IMG/VR virus record: IMGVR_UViG_3300025276_000020
Strand: one strand, 5' to 3'
Length of the DNA stretch: 64,000 nucleotides
DNA from: a virus
The position numbers and the translations under genes were made by a program. Shown here in pieces: positions 48,469 through 57,763 of the stretch (positions are counted from its first letter, which is position 1; each line of letters starts with the position of its first letter). Under the pieces are notes generated by a model. That model did no database searches. It was not told where the DNA came from and saw nothing but the letters and a program-made list of their open reading frames with translations.

Positions 48469-49407
48469 ATGACAACATCATTCTCTGCCTTAAAGAAGGC
48501 ACGTACTTCATCTTTCGATAAACTGAATTCTCAGTTACAGAAGATGGGATCACCCAATAACAACAAAGGCGATGATCGCTTCTGGAAACCAGAAGTAGAC
48601 AAAGCTGGCAATGGTTATGCCGTGATTCGCTTTTTACCAGCACCGTCAGGTGAAGATATGCCATTCGTTCGTGCGTGGGACCATGGCTTTCAAGGACCAG
48701 GTGGTTGGTACATTGAAAACTCTCTTACAACTTTAGGTCAAGACGATCCAGTCTCTGAGTACAACTCAAAGCTTTGGAACTCTGGTCATGACGAAGATAA
48801 AGAAACTGCTCGTAAGCAGAAGCGCAGGTTATCATACACTGCTAACATCTATATCGTGAAGGATAGTGCTAACCCATCACGTGAAGGTCAAGTTTATCTT
48901 TATAAGTTTGGTAAGAAAATCTTCGACAAGCTGAACGATGCAATGAATCCTCAGTTTCAAGACGAAGATCCGATCAACCCATTTGACTTTTGGGAAGGTG
49001 CAGATTTCAAATTGAAGATCCGTCAAGTAGAAGGCTATCGTAACTACGATAAGTCTGAGTTTGACTCGATTTCTCCTATCAGTGATTCATCTGGTACAGC
49101 GTTATCAGACGAAGCCATGGAAGAAAATTGGAATAAGCAACATTCTCTAGCAGATATTGTCGATCCTAAAAACTTCAAGTCTTATAATGAACTGAAAGCT
49201 AAATTGTATAAGGTTCTAGGTCTTGATGGCAGTAAACACGCACCCACAACAACTGCTGAGGACGATAGTACGGGTATGAACTTTGCTCCTAACTTTAAAG
49301 AGCGTGAAGCTCCTGAAGTGAGCGAGGCTTCATCCCCAACTCTTGCGAGTGACGACGGAGACGGAGAGTCTCTAGATTTCTTCAAGAGTCTAGCTGAAGA
49401 TAGTTAA
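48469..49407 (+). CDS. gp32: Single-stranded DNA-binding protein gp32
   Basis: DDRFWKP..DKAGNGYAVIRFLP, HGFQGPGGWYIENSLTT, YKFGKKIFDK, NYDKSEF, acidic tail. Confidence 0.96.
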   Translation: MTTSFSALKKARTSSFDKLNSQLQKMGSPNNNKGDDRFWKPEVDKAGNGYAVIRFLPAPSGEDMPFVRAWDHGFQGPGGWYIENSLTTLGQDDPVSEYNSKLWNSGHDEDKETARKQKRRLSYTANIYIVKDSANPSREGQVYLYKFGKKIFDKLNDAMNPQFQDEDPINPFDFWEGADFKLKIRQVEGYRNYDKSEFDSISPISDSSGTALSDEAMEENWNKQHSLADIVDPKNFKSYNELKAKLYKVLGLDGSKHAPTTTAEDDSTGMNFAPNFKEREAPEVSEASSPTLASDDGDGESLDFFKSLAEDS

Positions 49408-49423
49408 GCTATCTAGTTAGGGG

Positions 49424-49462
49424 AGAAAGGCGGCTTACATGGATGTGAGTCGCCTTTTTTTT
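49424..49462. terminator. Intrinsic terminator between convergent genes
   Basis: GAAAGGCGGCTTACAT-GG-ATGTGAGTCGCCTTT then T-tract. Confidence 0.85.
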
Positions 49463-49483
49463 GTTTAAGAATTGGGATTCTAA

Positions 49484-51259
49484 TTAGAAGCCCATGGCGT
49501 TTGATAGATTACCAGGCATTCCTAATGTCGTGTTTTGATTTCTCACATTAACGTTATTTACAGGTGCAATAACAGGTGCGGCAACACTCACTTGAGAGCC
49601 TTTAGAATCTGCTCTGCCCATGGCGTCTGCTTCTACAGCAAGAGCGGTTATCGCATCTCCCCTACTAGAGGCTGCGCCCGGCAACAATTCACCTGTCTTT
49701 GCGTCTAATCCTGCATATGTATACACTGAGTTTGGTATCGCTTTCGCAACGAGGCGGGAGGGATCATACCATGCTCTATCTGAGTCAGGATCAGGCAATA
49801 TCATTCGTAAAATACTTTTGATGAAGTTTTCACCCATCTCACCTGCACCCTTTGCGATGCCCATTACAGTACCACCTGGATCAGTAAACATTTTCTTAAA
49901 GAAGTTTTTAACTGCTTCCCATGCAGGATCGACTAATGCAGTAAGACTGAAGCTTTTAAGTGTCTCAGCGATACCGTCAAAACCTAGTTTCTCCATCAAC
50001 CAAGCAGGGAGCTTGATAAAGATTAGATCGATTGCTTCAGTGAAGCCTTTGATAATTCCTTTAATACCACCTTCTATACCAGCTTTAAGCTTATCGCCAA
50101 AACTACCATCTTCGCTAGTGAAGCCTTGATAGAATCCAGTAACAAAGTCGATGATGCTTAACAGTACTTGCGTGAATGGTCTCATAACTGTCTTAAGAAT
50201 GATCTCGAAAGGCGCAAGTAGAGGCTTAAGAAACCCGCCAACTTTGCCTAAGAATCCTAATATACCGCCACCGTCAATGGCACCGAATGCTGTCTTCACG
50301 CTATCTGTTATACCAGCTAAGCCTACAGGCATAGTTAATTTAATTCTAGGTATTCCATCGAAGAACTTTCCGACACCATCCTTAATACTAGTAAGTTTAT
50401 CTCCAAATGCTGTAGCTGGTCCAGCAAACTTCTCAGTCATTCCCAACTTGACTCCATCGAAGAATCCATTGATACTGTTCTTAATCGCAGTTATCTTTCC
50501 ACCGAATGCTTCTATTGGGCTTGCAAACTTCTCAGTCATTCCTAGCTTAATTCCATCAAAGAATGTGTTAGCGGCTGTTTTAATGCCAGTTATCTTTCCA
50601 CCAAATGCTTCGGCAGCCATAGTCCATTTCGTGTTTATACTAGCCTGTATGCTGTCAAAGAATGCGTTAGTTCCAGTTTTGATTAAATCTATTTTAGGAC
50701 CAACAGATATGCTGAGTTTAGTTTTGGTAAAATCATACGGCATACCCTTAGCATCTACAAATGATATTTTAGGTATATCGGGGAATCTAGGTTTAAAGGC
50801 TTTAACTTTTTTCCCGAACTCTTCAATGCGAATGCCCATGTAAACAATCTCATCAGTAAATTTTGTCCAACCCATGTTGAAAGTTTTGAACTTTCCTGGT
50901 AGCGCCATAGCTTTAATAGCCGCATCGAATCCAGTCAAAGATGCGGCAATTGCCACAATTCCAGATCCTAAACCCATCATTCCCATACCCATACCGCCGG
51001 ATCCACCATCTCCGCCATCCATACCTTTACTAGCAACTGATTCTGTTACAGCTTGCTTAGTAATTTTAGCCGTTGCTTTTGATTGAGCTAGATTGGCAGC
51101 CATTTGAGCTTTTCTTGCGGCATTAGCCGTCAGGTCAAAAGTAGCTTGTAGTATCTTAGTCTGGTTATCCATAGAATCACGCATAGACTTCAGATGTGGT
51201 GCTATCTGGTCTGTAGTGTCACTTGATAAATTGACTGTGGGCAGAGACGTGGTTGCCAT
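49484..51259 (-). CDS. Putative tape measure / baseplate hub protein (gp29-like) with 33-aa repeats
   Basis: Helical G/A/F-rich protein; repeats FFDG.KLGMTEKFA....AFGGKIT.IK; beside gp51 and gp26. Confidence 0.6.
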   Translation of the reverse strand: MATTSLPTVNLSSDTTDQIAPHLKSMRDSMDNQTKILQATFDLTANAARKAQMAANLAQSKATAKITKQAVTESVASKGMDGGDGGSGGMGMGMMGLGSGIVAIAASLTGFDAAIKAMALPGKFKTFNMGWTKFTDEIVYMGIRIEEFGKKVKAFKPRFPDIPKISFVDAKGMPYDFTKTKLSISVGPKIDLIKTGTNAFFDSIQASINTKWTMAAEAFGGKITGIKTAANTFFDGIKLGMTEKFASPIEAFGGKITAIKNSINGFFDGVKLGMTEKFAGPATAFGDKLTSIKDGVGKFFDGIPRIKLTMPVGLAGITDSVKTAFGAIDGGGILGFLGKVGGFLKPLLAPFEIILKTVMRPFTQVLLSIIDFVTGFYQGFTSEDGSFGDKLKAGIEGGIKGIIKGFTEAIDLIFIKLPAWLMEKLGFDGIAETLKSFSLTALVDPAWEAVKNFFKKMFTDPGGTVMGIAKGAGEMGENFIKSILRMILPDPDSDRAWYDPSRLVAKAIPNSVYTYAGLDAKTGELLPGAASSRGDAITALAVEADAMGRADSKGSQVSVAAPVIAPVNNVNVRNQNTTLGMPGNLSNAMGF

Positions 51260-51269
51260 TTAAACTATC

Positions 51270-51596
51270 CTATTGAGACTTATTTGAGTAAGCTTGAGTT
51301 GTGTAAAATGCCGCAACGATAGCCGCTACTGACACAAAGTACGTTGGTGCGATATCGCCCAATGTTTTAGATGCCTGATCTAGTCCCATAAGAACGGCAA
51401 GTACTACTGCAAACGGGTATAAGAGCATGCCGAATAGTGCAAACCAAGCCATGTTACGCTGTGCGTCTTCACGCTTATCAGCATTTTCGATTTGTATCAT
51501 TCGTTCGTGTTTAGATAGCTCTTCGTTTGATACGATTCCATCACCGTCTAGATCAGCGTCATTTAACATGCTGTCTACTGGTAGTTTTTTAGCCAT
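51270..51596 (-). CDS. 2-TM membrane protein with EF-hand-like loop
   Basis: DLDGDGIVSNEE loop; two hydrophobic helices. Confidence 0.6.
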   Translation of the reverse strand: MAKKLPVDSMLNDADLDGDGIVSNEELSKHERMIQIENADKREDAQRNMAWFALFGMLLYPFAVVLAVLMGLDQASKTLGDIAPTYFVSVAAIVAAFYTTQAYSNKSQ

Positions 51597-51605
51597 GTCT
51601 TTCTC

Positions 51606-51773
51606 CTAGCTTTGTTGTTGATTCGTTGTTTCTATAAAGTCCACTAACATATCCATATAAAGATCACGCTCATACGGTATTAAGTTTTCTATATCACTTA
51701 TACTATATTTATGATGTTGAGCCACTGCGAAGATATTTTTATAGTATGCCATAAGGTTATTATGGCTCAACAT
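51606..51773 (-). CDS. gp51: Baseplate hub assembly catalyst gp51 (not in ORF track)
   Basis: Hand translation MLSHNNLMAYYKNIFAVAQHHKYSISDIENLIPYERDLYMDML; follows gp26. Confidence 0.85.
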   Translation of the reverse strand: MLSHNNLMAYYKNIFAVAQHHKYSISDIENLIPYERDLYMDMLVDFIETTNQQQS

Positions 51774-52486
51774 TATGTAAAAAAAGAGTCCATACCCTCC
51801 ACAACAAATTCTTTATCCTTATCATTCTTATCTTTATACTGGATCGTGTGCGTAAGCTTAGGCATAGTGTCAAAGAATGTCTTAATATCTCCAATAACAG
51901 CGCCATTAAATCCATCTACGAAATCACTAATTTCAACTTTACTGAAGTCTTCTAGCTTGAATATCTCATCAGTATTATTATCCACCAATATATCAATACA
52001 TCCAGTCATAGTCGAGAACATTTGATCGGTCTGAGAAAGATTATCATCAACCTCTTGTAACATTTTAACTTCGGATAAAGTTGGATATTTCATCATAATA
52101 TGGTATTGATCATTCAGTACAATTTTCTTGTTATGACCCTCAGGAGTCTTTACGCTAATGTCATTTATGTCAATTTCGACATTCACATTCTCTTCAGTTT
52201 CTTCGTCTACGAATCCAAACTTCATCATATTGTCTACTGACTTGCCACGAATCATTAGAATAAGATACTCTAAATCAAATGTAGCAAGCTTATCTACGTC
52301 AACGCCTGTTGTACAGTTGTTAATGATCTGTTTTACTGCTAGAAAGATTTGATTCTGATCTTCTGATTCTTGTGCTATCAGAAGAATTTTCTCTTCTTTA
52401 ACCGTAAATGGTCGAAATTTTGCCTTTTTGTCTGTAGACGGAACAGTAACCTCAAATAAAGGTTGGTCAATTTTAGGTAAACCCAT
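51773..52486 (-). CDS. gp26: Baseplate hub subunit gp26
   Basis: LPKI..P, FRPFTVKEEKILL, FDLEYL.L.IRGKSV, MKYP, FFDTMPKL. Confidence 0.9.
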   Translation of the reverse strand: MGLPKIDQPLFEVTVPSTDKKAKFRPFTVKEEKILLIAQESEDQNQIFLAVKQIINNCTTGVDVDKLATFDLEYLILMIRGKSVDNMMKFGFVDEETEENVNVEIDINDISVKTPEGHNKKIVLNDQYHIMMKYPTLSEVKMLQEVDDNLSQTDQMFSTMTGCIDILVDNNTDEIFKLEDFSKVEISDFVDGFNGAVIGDIKTFFDTMPKLTHTIQYKDKNDKDKEFVVEGMDSFFT

Positions 52487-52515
52487 AGTGTTATACTCCT
52501 ATTGTATAGTAATAA

Positions 52516-53256
52516 TTAAAAAGATTTCAAAATAGTAGAGACATTAGATGCTTGGTTAATAGCATCTTGAATGCTTCTAGGTCGCTTCAATCCTCGAATC
52601 GCTTGTGTGAAAGTATTTATTGTAGATAGATAGCTTAATAATCCATTAACTCCACCTCTGCCATCTATCATAGAACCTGTGTCTGCGCCTGTAACTTTAA
52701 TTTCATCGTATGTGAATCCTACAGGCAGTGTCATTATCTCAGTGTTTCCCCAAGATTCTGTTACATTACCCACTTGAACTGGGTATGCGCCACTCATCGT
52801 GTATGTGTATGTGATACTTTCTGACGCATAAGAATATACTACAACCTCTACAGTAGAGGCATAATCAGACTTGTATCCTAATTCGTACGGTAGTTGTCCG
52901 TCAACTGCTGACATTGGTCCACCAGACGTGTCGTAGTTAATCTGCAACTGCATCCATCTGTGAAAGAATTTCATAATTTCGAAATTGCTATCTACCATAA
53001 AAACTGTAGGCAGAATAGGAAATAACATAGAAGTTGGTCGTCTAGTAGTCGCACCAAATCCTTGAACTTGATAATCAGTTGTTACTACGTCAAACTCTGG
53101 AAGTGTAACAGTTCGGCAGAAGAAGCGTAGATCAGGAATAATACCCTCATCGTTTCTTAGGGATTTAGGGGGTGTTATATTGACCATAAACAGGTTATCT
53201 TTAGCTAAACCGTGTCTACTAATAGTTGAATTAAATTCTTGAATGTTAAACGCCAT
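52516..53256 (-). CDS. Baseplate-tail tube initiator (gp54/gp19-like)
   Basis: N.F.V.I, FCRTVTLP, FFHRWM, AYP..VG...SW, GFTY. Confidence 0.7.
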   Translation of the reverse strand: MAFNIQEFNSTISRHGLAKDNLFMVNITPPKSLRNDEGIIPDLRFFCRTVTLPEFDVVTTDYQVQGFGATTRRPTSMLFPILPTVFMVDSNFEIMKFFHRWMQLQINYDTSGGPMSAVDGQLPYELGYKSDYASTVEVVVYSYASESITYTYTMSGAYPVQVGNVTESWGNTEIMTLPVGFTYDEIKVTGADTGSMIDGRGGVNGLLSYLSTINTFTQAIRGLKRPRSIQDAINQASNVSTILKSF

Positions 53257-53260
53257 TGCC

Positions 53261-53851
53261 TTATCCTATTTTTCTTTTTGAGTCTGACCAGACTTGAGTC
53301 TTCGATGCACCCTGGAATCTTTCTAGTGGTAAGAACAGTGCAACGTCCCATTCTGAGGGATATATGTACATGAACTTGCTACGTACCTGTGTAGTAAGAT
53401 AGCGTTTAATGCATGGTTGAAATTCTTTATACTTAGCCGCACTCTCTAACATCTGATAGCTAATTTTAAGTCTAGTAGACTCATCAAATCGAGTGTTGCT
53501 TGCCGTGTCATATAGTGCGTCCATCAACTTAGCACGTAATGGCAAAGGAAGATAGTGCATATTTAATCCGTAGAACCCACCCTTTACTTTCTTAAAAGGA
53601 AATACTAACGGGAATCTATCAAAATATGGTAGAGTTGCTTTACCCTTTGCGTCATAATAATACATGTACATCTGTCCAACGAGAGGTCTAGCTGTTAAAC
53701 GATCTGCATCGCCTTTTAACAGTTTACCATCGTTGATTCTCTTATAGTCACTAGCACTTTTTCTATACCAGTCACGTGCCTTTGCTGTACGAGCTGGTAT
53801 TTGTCCAGCCCGAACACCTTTGGTGAGAATTTCGTCAAACAGAATTGCCAT
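53261..53851 (-). CDS. gp2: DNA end protector protein gp2
   Basis: GQMYMYYYDAK....LPYFDRFPLV, GLNMHYLP, CIKRYL. Confidence 0.9.
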   Translation of the reverse strand: MAILFDEILTKGVRAGQIPARTAKARDWYRKSASDYKRINDGKLLKGDADRLTARPLVGQMYMYYYDAKGKATLPYFDRFPLVFPFKKVKGGFYGLNMHYLPLPLRAKLMDALYDTASNTRFDESTRLKISYQMLESAAKYKEFQPCIKRYLTTQVRSKFMYIYPSEWDVALFLPLERFQGASKTQVWSDSKRKIG

Positions 53852-54279
53852 TAGAGTACAACCACACCTTCGTTAATTAAACGCTCACGGTTGACTAGGT
53901 GAGCCGCATCGACATCATCTTTACTACCACCAAAATATGCAACAGCATGACCCTCATCAATAAGAACCTCTGTTACTTTACGACCATCTTCTAGTATAAA
54001 ATCGCCTAGAATACGACCAAATTTGCCCTTCATGTCTTCGCCCTTCTTAGACACTTGAGTCTTTAGAATAGAGCCATTCTTTAATAATTCTTTTAGCTTG
54101 GCTTTAGACGCTAGACCGAACTTCTTCTCGACTTTATCACGTGTCCGTGACTCAGGAGTATCGATGCCCATAATTCTAACACGCTCTTTTCTCAGCCAAA
54201 CGCCAAACCCTAGATCGATGTCTACATCTACTGTATCACCGTCTATTACTCTTACTACTTTACATTTATATTCATACAT
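53851..54279 (-). CDS. Thermonuclease (SNase-like)
   Basis: RVIDGDTVDV, RVRIMGIDTPES, GKFGRILG. Confidence 0.9.
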   Translation of the reverse strand: MYEYKCKVVRVIDGDTVDVDIDLGFGVWLRKERVRIMGIDTPESRTRDKVEKKFGLASKAKLKELLKNGSILKTQVSKKGEDMKGKFGRILGDFILEDGRKVTEVLIDEGHAVAYFGGSKDDVDAAHLVNRERLINEGVVVL

Positions 54280-54299
54280 ATTGTTGTCCTTTAACTTAA

Positions 54300-54743
54300 T
54301 TATTTTATCCCTAAATGATCTTCATGCATTATCTGCCAGATGAATCCATGATCTTTACAATACTCTTCTGCCGCCGCCCATTTCGCTTGGTTAACACCCC
54401 AAGTCTTTACTTCATTAATATATCTTTTAGTAGGCTTCTTACCTCTCTGAACTGTGGGTGGTACAGTTTGATACTTAGGTTTGACTTCTATTAAAATCTT
54501 TTCTTTCTTCTTACTTCTATTTATCTGTTCCACATAGAAGTCTGGGAAATATCTGTGCCATCTCCCATCAATAGGACTTTTATACGGTATAACAATTTCT
54601 TCACTACACCACTTAATAACGTGTGGATGTTTGTCTAAATAAGACATAAGCTTCAATTCCCAATGCGATCTGTAAATCACATTAGTTGGATCACCTAGAT
54701 ACTTATTTGGATTTCTAGGTCTAAAACTTCCCTGATACGCCAT
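54300..54743 (-). CDS. gp4: Head completion nuclease gp4
   Basis: NPNKY.GDPTNVIYRS.WE, HRYFPDF, IEVKP, NQAKW.AA. Confidence 0.93.
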   Translation of the reverse strand: MAYQGSFRPRNPNKYLGDPTNVIYRSHWELKLMSYLDKHPHVIKWCSEEIVIPYKSPIDGRWHRYFPDFYVEQINRSKKKEKILIEVKPKYQTVPPTVQRGKKPTKRYINEVKTWGVNQAKWAAAEEYCKDHGFIWQIMHEDHLGIK

Positions 54744-54801
54744 CTGATCTCATATAAATAATTGTAGTTGTATTAACTAATATTTATAAAGGTCGAAAAC
54801 C

Positions 54802-55869
54802 ATGTCTACAGGCAGAATAACACCAGCGGAAACTGTAATAGATCAGAGAATGAAGAAGCGTAATAGCTCTACTCTGACTTTCCCGCACACGCTTGGTCAC
54901 CATGCCATGATATTTAACTTTAAAGAGTATAGCTACGGCAATTCTGCTCACGCTACAGTAGTAAATACCGAGAGCATCGTTTTACCTTTGCCTAAAAATC
55001 TTCAAGACAATATGAATATCAAAGTCGGCGCTGATGAGATTGGAGTAGCTGGATCAATGGCAGCAAATGCCGCTAAAGGCATGAAGAATATTGGCGGTAT
55101 AGGAGGGTTAGCGACAAAGATATCAGGTATGTTTAATACGACTCTAGATGCGGCTAAAGGAGCGTCTGCGGCTGATATTAATGTCGCAAATGCACAAGCA
55201 GTTGTATCAGGAGCGACAGACACTGCCTTATTTCTTGCGAGTGCAGGACTAGGTGCTATCGGACCAGACCTTGCGAAAGGTATTGGAGCAGGAACAGGAA
55301 CTGCTGTTAACCCGTATGCAACATTAGTATTCAGCGGAGTCGATCTAAAAGTACACACATTCGAATGGACATTATCACCTGATAGTCCTGAAGAAGCAGA
55401 TACGTTAAGACGAATTATTGGCACTATTCAAAATCAGATCACTCCCGAGATGTCTGGAGTTGGTGGAGTTAAAGTAGAAGAATCTCTTAGTTCTGTAGGA
55501 GAGACTACACTATCAAGAGGTCTATTAAAATATCCTTCGATGGTTGATTGCTTCTTTTACGGTATTGATAGCAATTTCTTCTATAAAATGAAGACGTGTA
55601 TGATCAGTCAGTTTAATGTTGACTATGCACCTAACGGTATTGCATTAAATAGAGGTGGTAAGCCAAGCGCAGTGAGAATTAATATGGTTATGACAGAGGC
55701 AGCTATTCATACGAAAGCTGACTACGGTGCTGAACTGTTTCTACCACCTGCTGTAGCAGAAGAAGAGAGCGAAGAGACCGCAACAAACGAGACACAAGAC
55801 GGATCAGGAGATAAATTAGACAGCAATGGTGTTCCGATACCTGCAAATCAAGGAGGAGCAACACCATGA
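54802..55869 (+). CDS. gp48: Baseplate tail-tube cap gp48
   Basis: IVLPLP.NL, NPY..LVF.GV....HTFEW.LSP.S.EEA, VDYAPNG. Confidence 0.8.
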   Translation: MSTGRITPAETVIDQRMKKRNSSTLTFPHTLGHHAMIFNFKEYSYGNSAHATVVNTESIVLPLPKNLQDNMNIKVGADEIGVAGSMAANAAKGMKNIGGIGGLATKISGMFNTTLDAAKGASAADINVANAQAVVSGATDTALFLASAGLGAIGPDLAKGIGAGTGTAVNPYATLVFSGVDLKVHTFEWTLSPDSPEEADTLRRIIGTIQNQITPEMSGVGGVKVEESLSSVGETTLSRGLLKYPSMVDCFFYGIDSNFFYKMKTCMISQFNVDYAPNGIALNRGGKPSAVRINMVMTEAAIHTKADYGAELFLPPAVAEEESEETATNETQDGSGDKLDSNGVPIPANQGGATP

Positions 55870-56414
55870 GTTACTTCAGCAAATTCCCGCTAGTATTAAG
55901 AGATAAAGAATATGTGGTCGATATCACGAGAAGAGCAAAGCTATCAGACTCTATCGCTAACACGAATTATCTTCCCTACACAGTTAAAGAAGGCATGAGA
56001 CCAGAAGATGTTGCCTACTTATACTATGGAGATGCAGAGTTAGCATGGTTGGTGCTATTAGCTAATAATATACTTGATCCATATACTCAATGGCCTAAGT
56101 CACAAGCCAATTTAGACGCATTTATTATAAAAGAATACGCTACACAATCAGGTACAACTAATGAAGCAGTCCTCACGTGGGCACAGAACACATCATTAAC
56201 AAATAATATCAAATACTATAAGAGTAAATACGTACCTGAAATACAAATCAATCACGCAACATACTCAGCTAATCCAACGTCAGAATGGTTACCAGTAAGA
56301 GTATATGACTACGAGTTCGAATTAAATGAGAAGCGTAGAATCATATCACTATTTAATGCGAACTATGTCGGTGAGATAGGTAAGTTGCTAGAGAAGAGAT
56401 TAAATGGAAAGTAA
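55866..56414 (+). CDS. gp53: Baseplate wedge subunit gp53
   Basis: YFSKFP, RPEDVAY.YYG....WLVLLANNI.DP..QWP, YE.ELNE.RR.I. Confidence 0.9.
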   Translation: MSYFSKFPLVLRDKEYVVDITRRAKLSDSIANTNYLPYTVKEGMRPEDVAYLYYGDAELAWLVLLANNILDPYTQWPKSQANLDAFIIKEYATQSGTTNEAVLTWAQNTSLTNNIKYYKSKYVPEIQINHATYSANPTSEWLPVRVYDYEFELNEKRRIISLFNANYVGEIGKLLEKRLNGK

Positions 56415-57762
56415 TAATGTAAATGTCGCTGAAGCAGGTTACTATGAACTGATCAGCTTTAAGATACGCACACTCAAATCAAAGCCAGATGAGGGTATTG
56501 AATTAAATCAAATCGTCACTAACTGGCTTATAACTGAAGGTATCGATAGTCCTAATATAATGGGATCGTGTATCGTAGTAGACTCAGAAGGACTCTTAAG
56601 AAAACTTCCTATATTAGGCGAAGAATACATTACTATCGAATATAAAGACTTCTTTGGTAAGACAAGCAAGAAAGAATTCTATTGCTTCTCGGTACGTGAC
56701 GTTAAACCCTATGATGAGAGCAAAGATAACCTATTGAGCTACAGCTTAGACTTCACATCAATCGAGAACTTCAACGCTAATCAACAAGAAGTCGCTAAAT
56801 CATACAGTAATATGCTTGTATCAGATATGGTAAAGAATGTCTATGAGGAATTCTTTCTTAGACAAGAGAACACCTCTAGTGCAAAGCCGATTGAAATCGA
56901 ACCTACAGTAGGCAACCAATCGTTCTGTATCCCAACGCTGTCGCCCGCCAGAGCGATAGACTTCCTCGCCAGAAGAGCATACGGCGGTGATAAGTCAACA
57001 AACAATTATAAGTTCTTTGAGACAAGAGAAAGCTTTTATTTCTGTACACCTAACTACCTGGCTGAGAAGTATAAGGACATGACATCAACACCTCAGGCGA
57101 TAAGTGATAATAATCTTTTATTTAATACAAATAAGGTGTATGATAACAATACTCCCGAAGGACAACTCTCGGCACAACAAACAATCATGCAGATGAGCTA
57201 TGGTAATCCCACTAATACTATAGAAGAGATAGGATCAGGTCAATATAAGAGATCAGTATTCGAAGTAGATATATTAAATAGAACCACATCAAGAACAGCA
57301 TTCGATTATAGAGAGTATGCAGACAGAAACAATCTAGGTGATATCAAGATCAATCATAGCGAAGACTTTATTAGCGATAAAATGCCTCGTATTGCAGAGA
57401 CATTCGTTATAAAGGACTATAATACACCTGGTCAGATAGAGAGAAGCGATAGAAGTTATCCCTTTTACGCAGAGGTAATTAATTCACGCAGGGTATTTAA
57501 TTCTCACCTTGCTAAGTATGCAATTAATTGCGGCATAAACGGTCGAATTGCACTGGTTCCAGGAATGGTTATATTTATAATGGTTGATCGAATCGAAGTG
57601 GCTAAGAATCCACAGGCAGACAAAGAGCGAGACGGCTTCTATATGATCACAAACATAACGAATGTACACGAAGACGATAACTATATGCAGATGATAACGA
57701 TGACCAAAGGCGGTCTATCACAGTCCTATGATAGAGTCTTGTTCAGTGAGGGAGGAGAATAG
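56404..57762 (+). CDS. Baseplate hub-like protein (gp27-like)
   Basis: E.I....G.C...D...L...LPILGEE, FFE, G.YMI..I; between gp53 and gp5. Confidence 0.6.
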   Translation: MESNNVNVAEAGYYELISFKIRTLKSKPDEGIELNQIVTNWLITEGIDSPNIMGSCIVVDSEGLLRKLPILGEEYITIEYKDFFGKTSKKEFYCFSVRDVKPYDESKDNLLSYSLDFTSIENFNANQQEVAKSYSNMLVSDMVKNVYEEFFLRQENTSSAKPIEIEPTVGNQSFCIPTLSPARAIDFLARRAYGGDKSTNNYKFFETRESFYFCTPNYLAEKYKDMTSTPQAISDNNLLFNTNKVYDNNTPEGQLSAQQTIMQMSYGNPTNTIEEIGSGQYKRSVFEVDILNRTTSRTAFDYREYADRNNLGDIKINHSEDFISDKMPRIAETFVIKDYNTPGQIERSDRSYPFYAEVINSRRVFNSHLAKYAINCGINGRIALVPGMVIFIMVDRIEVAKNPQADKERDGFYMITNITNVHEDDNYMQMITMTKGGLSQSYDRVLFSEGGE

Positions 57763-57763
57763 T

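Noticed and set aside
49620-51086. Long + strand ORFs (169, 230 and 70 aa)
   Set aside because: Antisense shadows of the 591-aa minus-strand gene; no RBS or recognisable motifs
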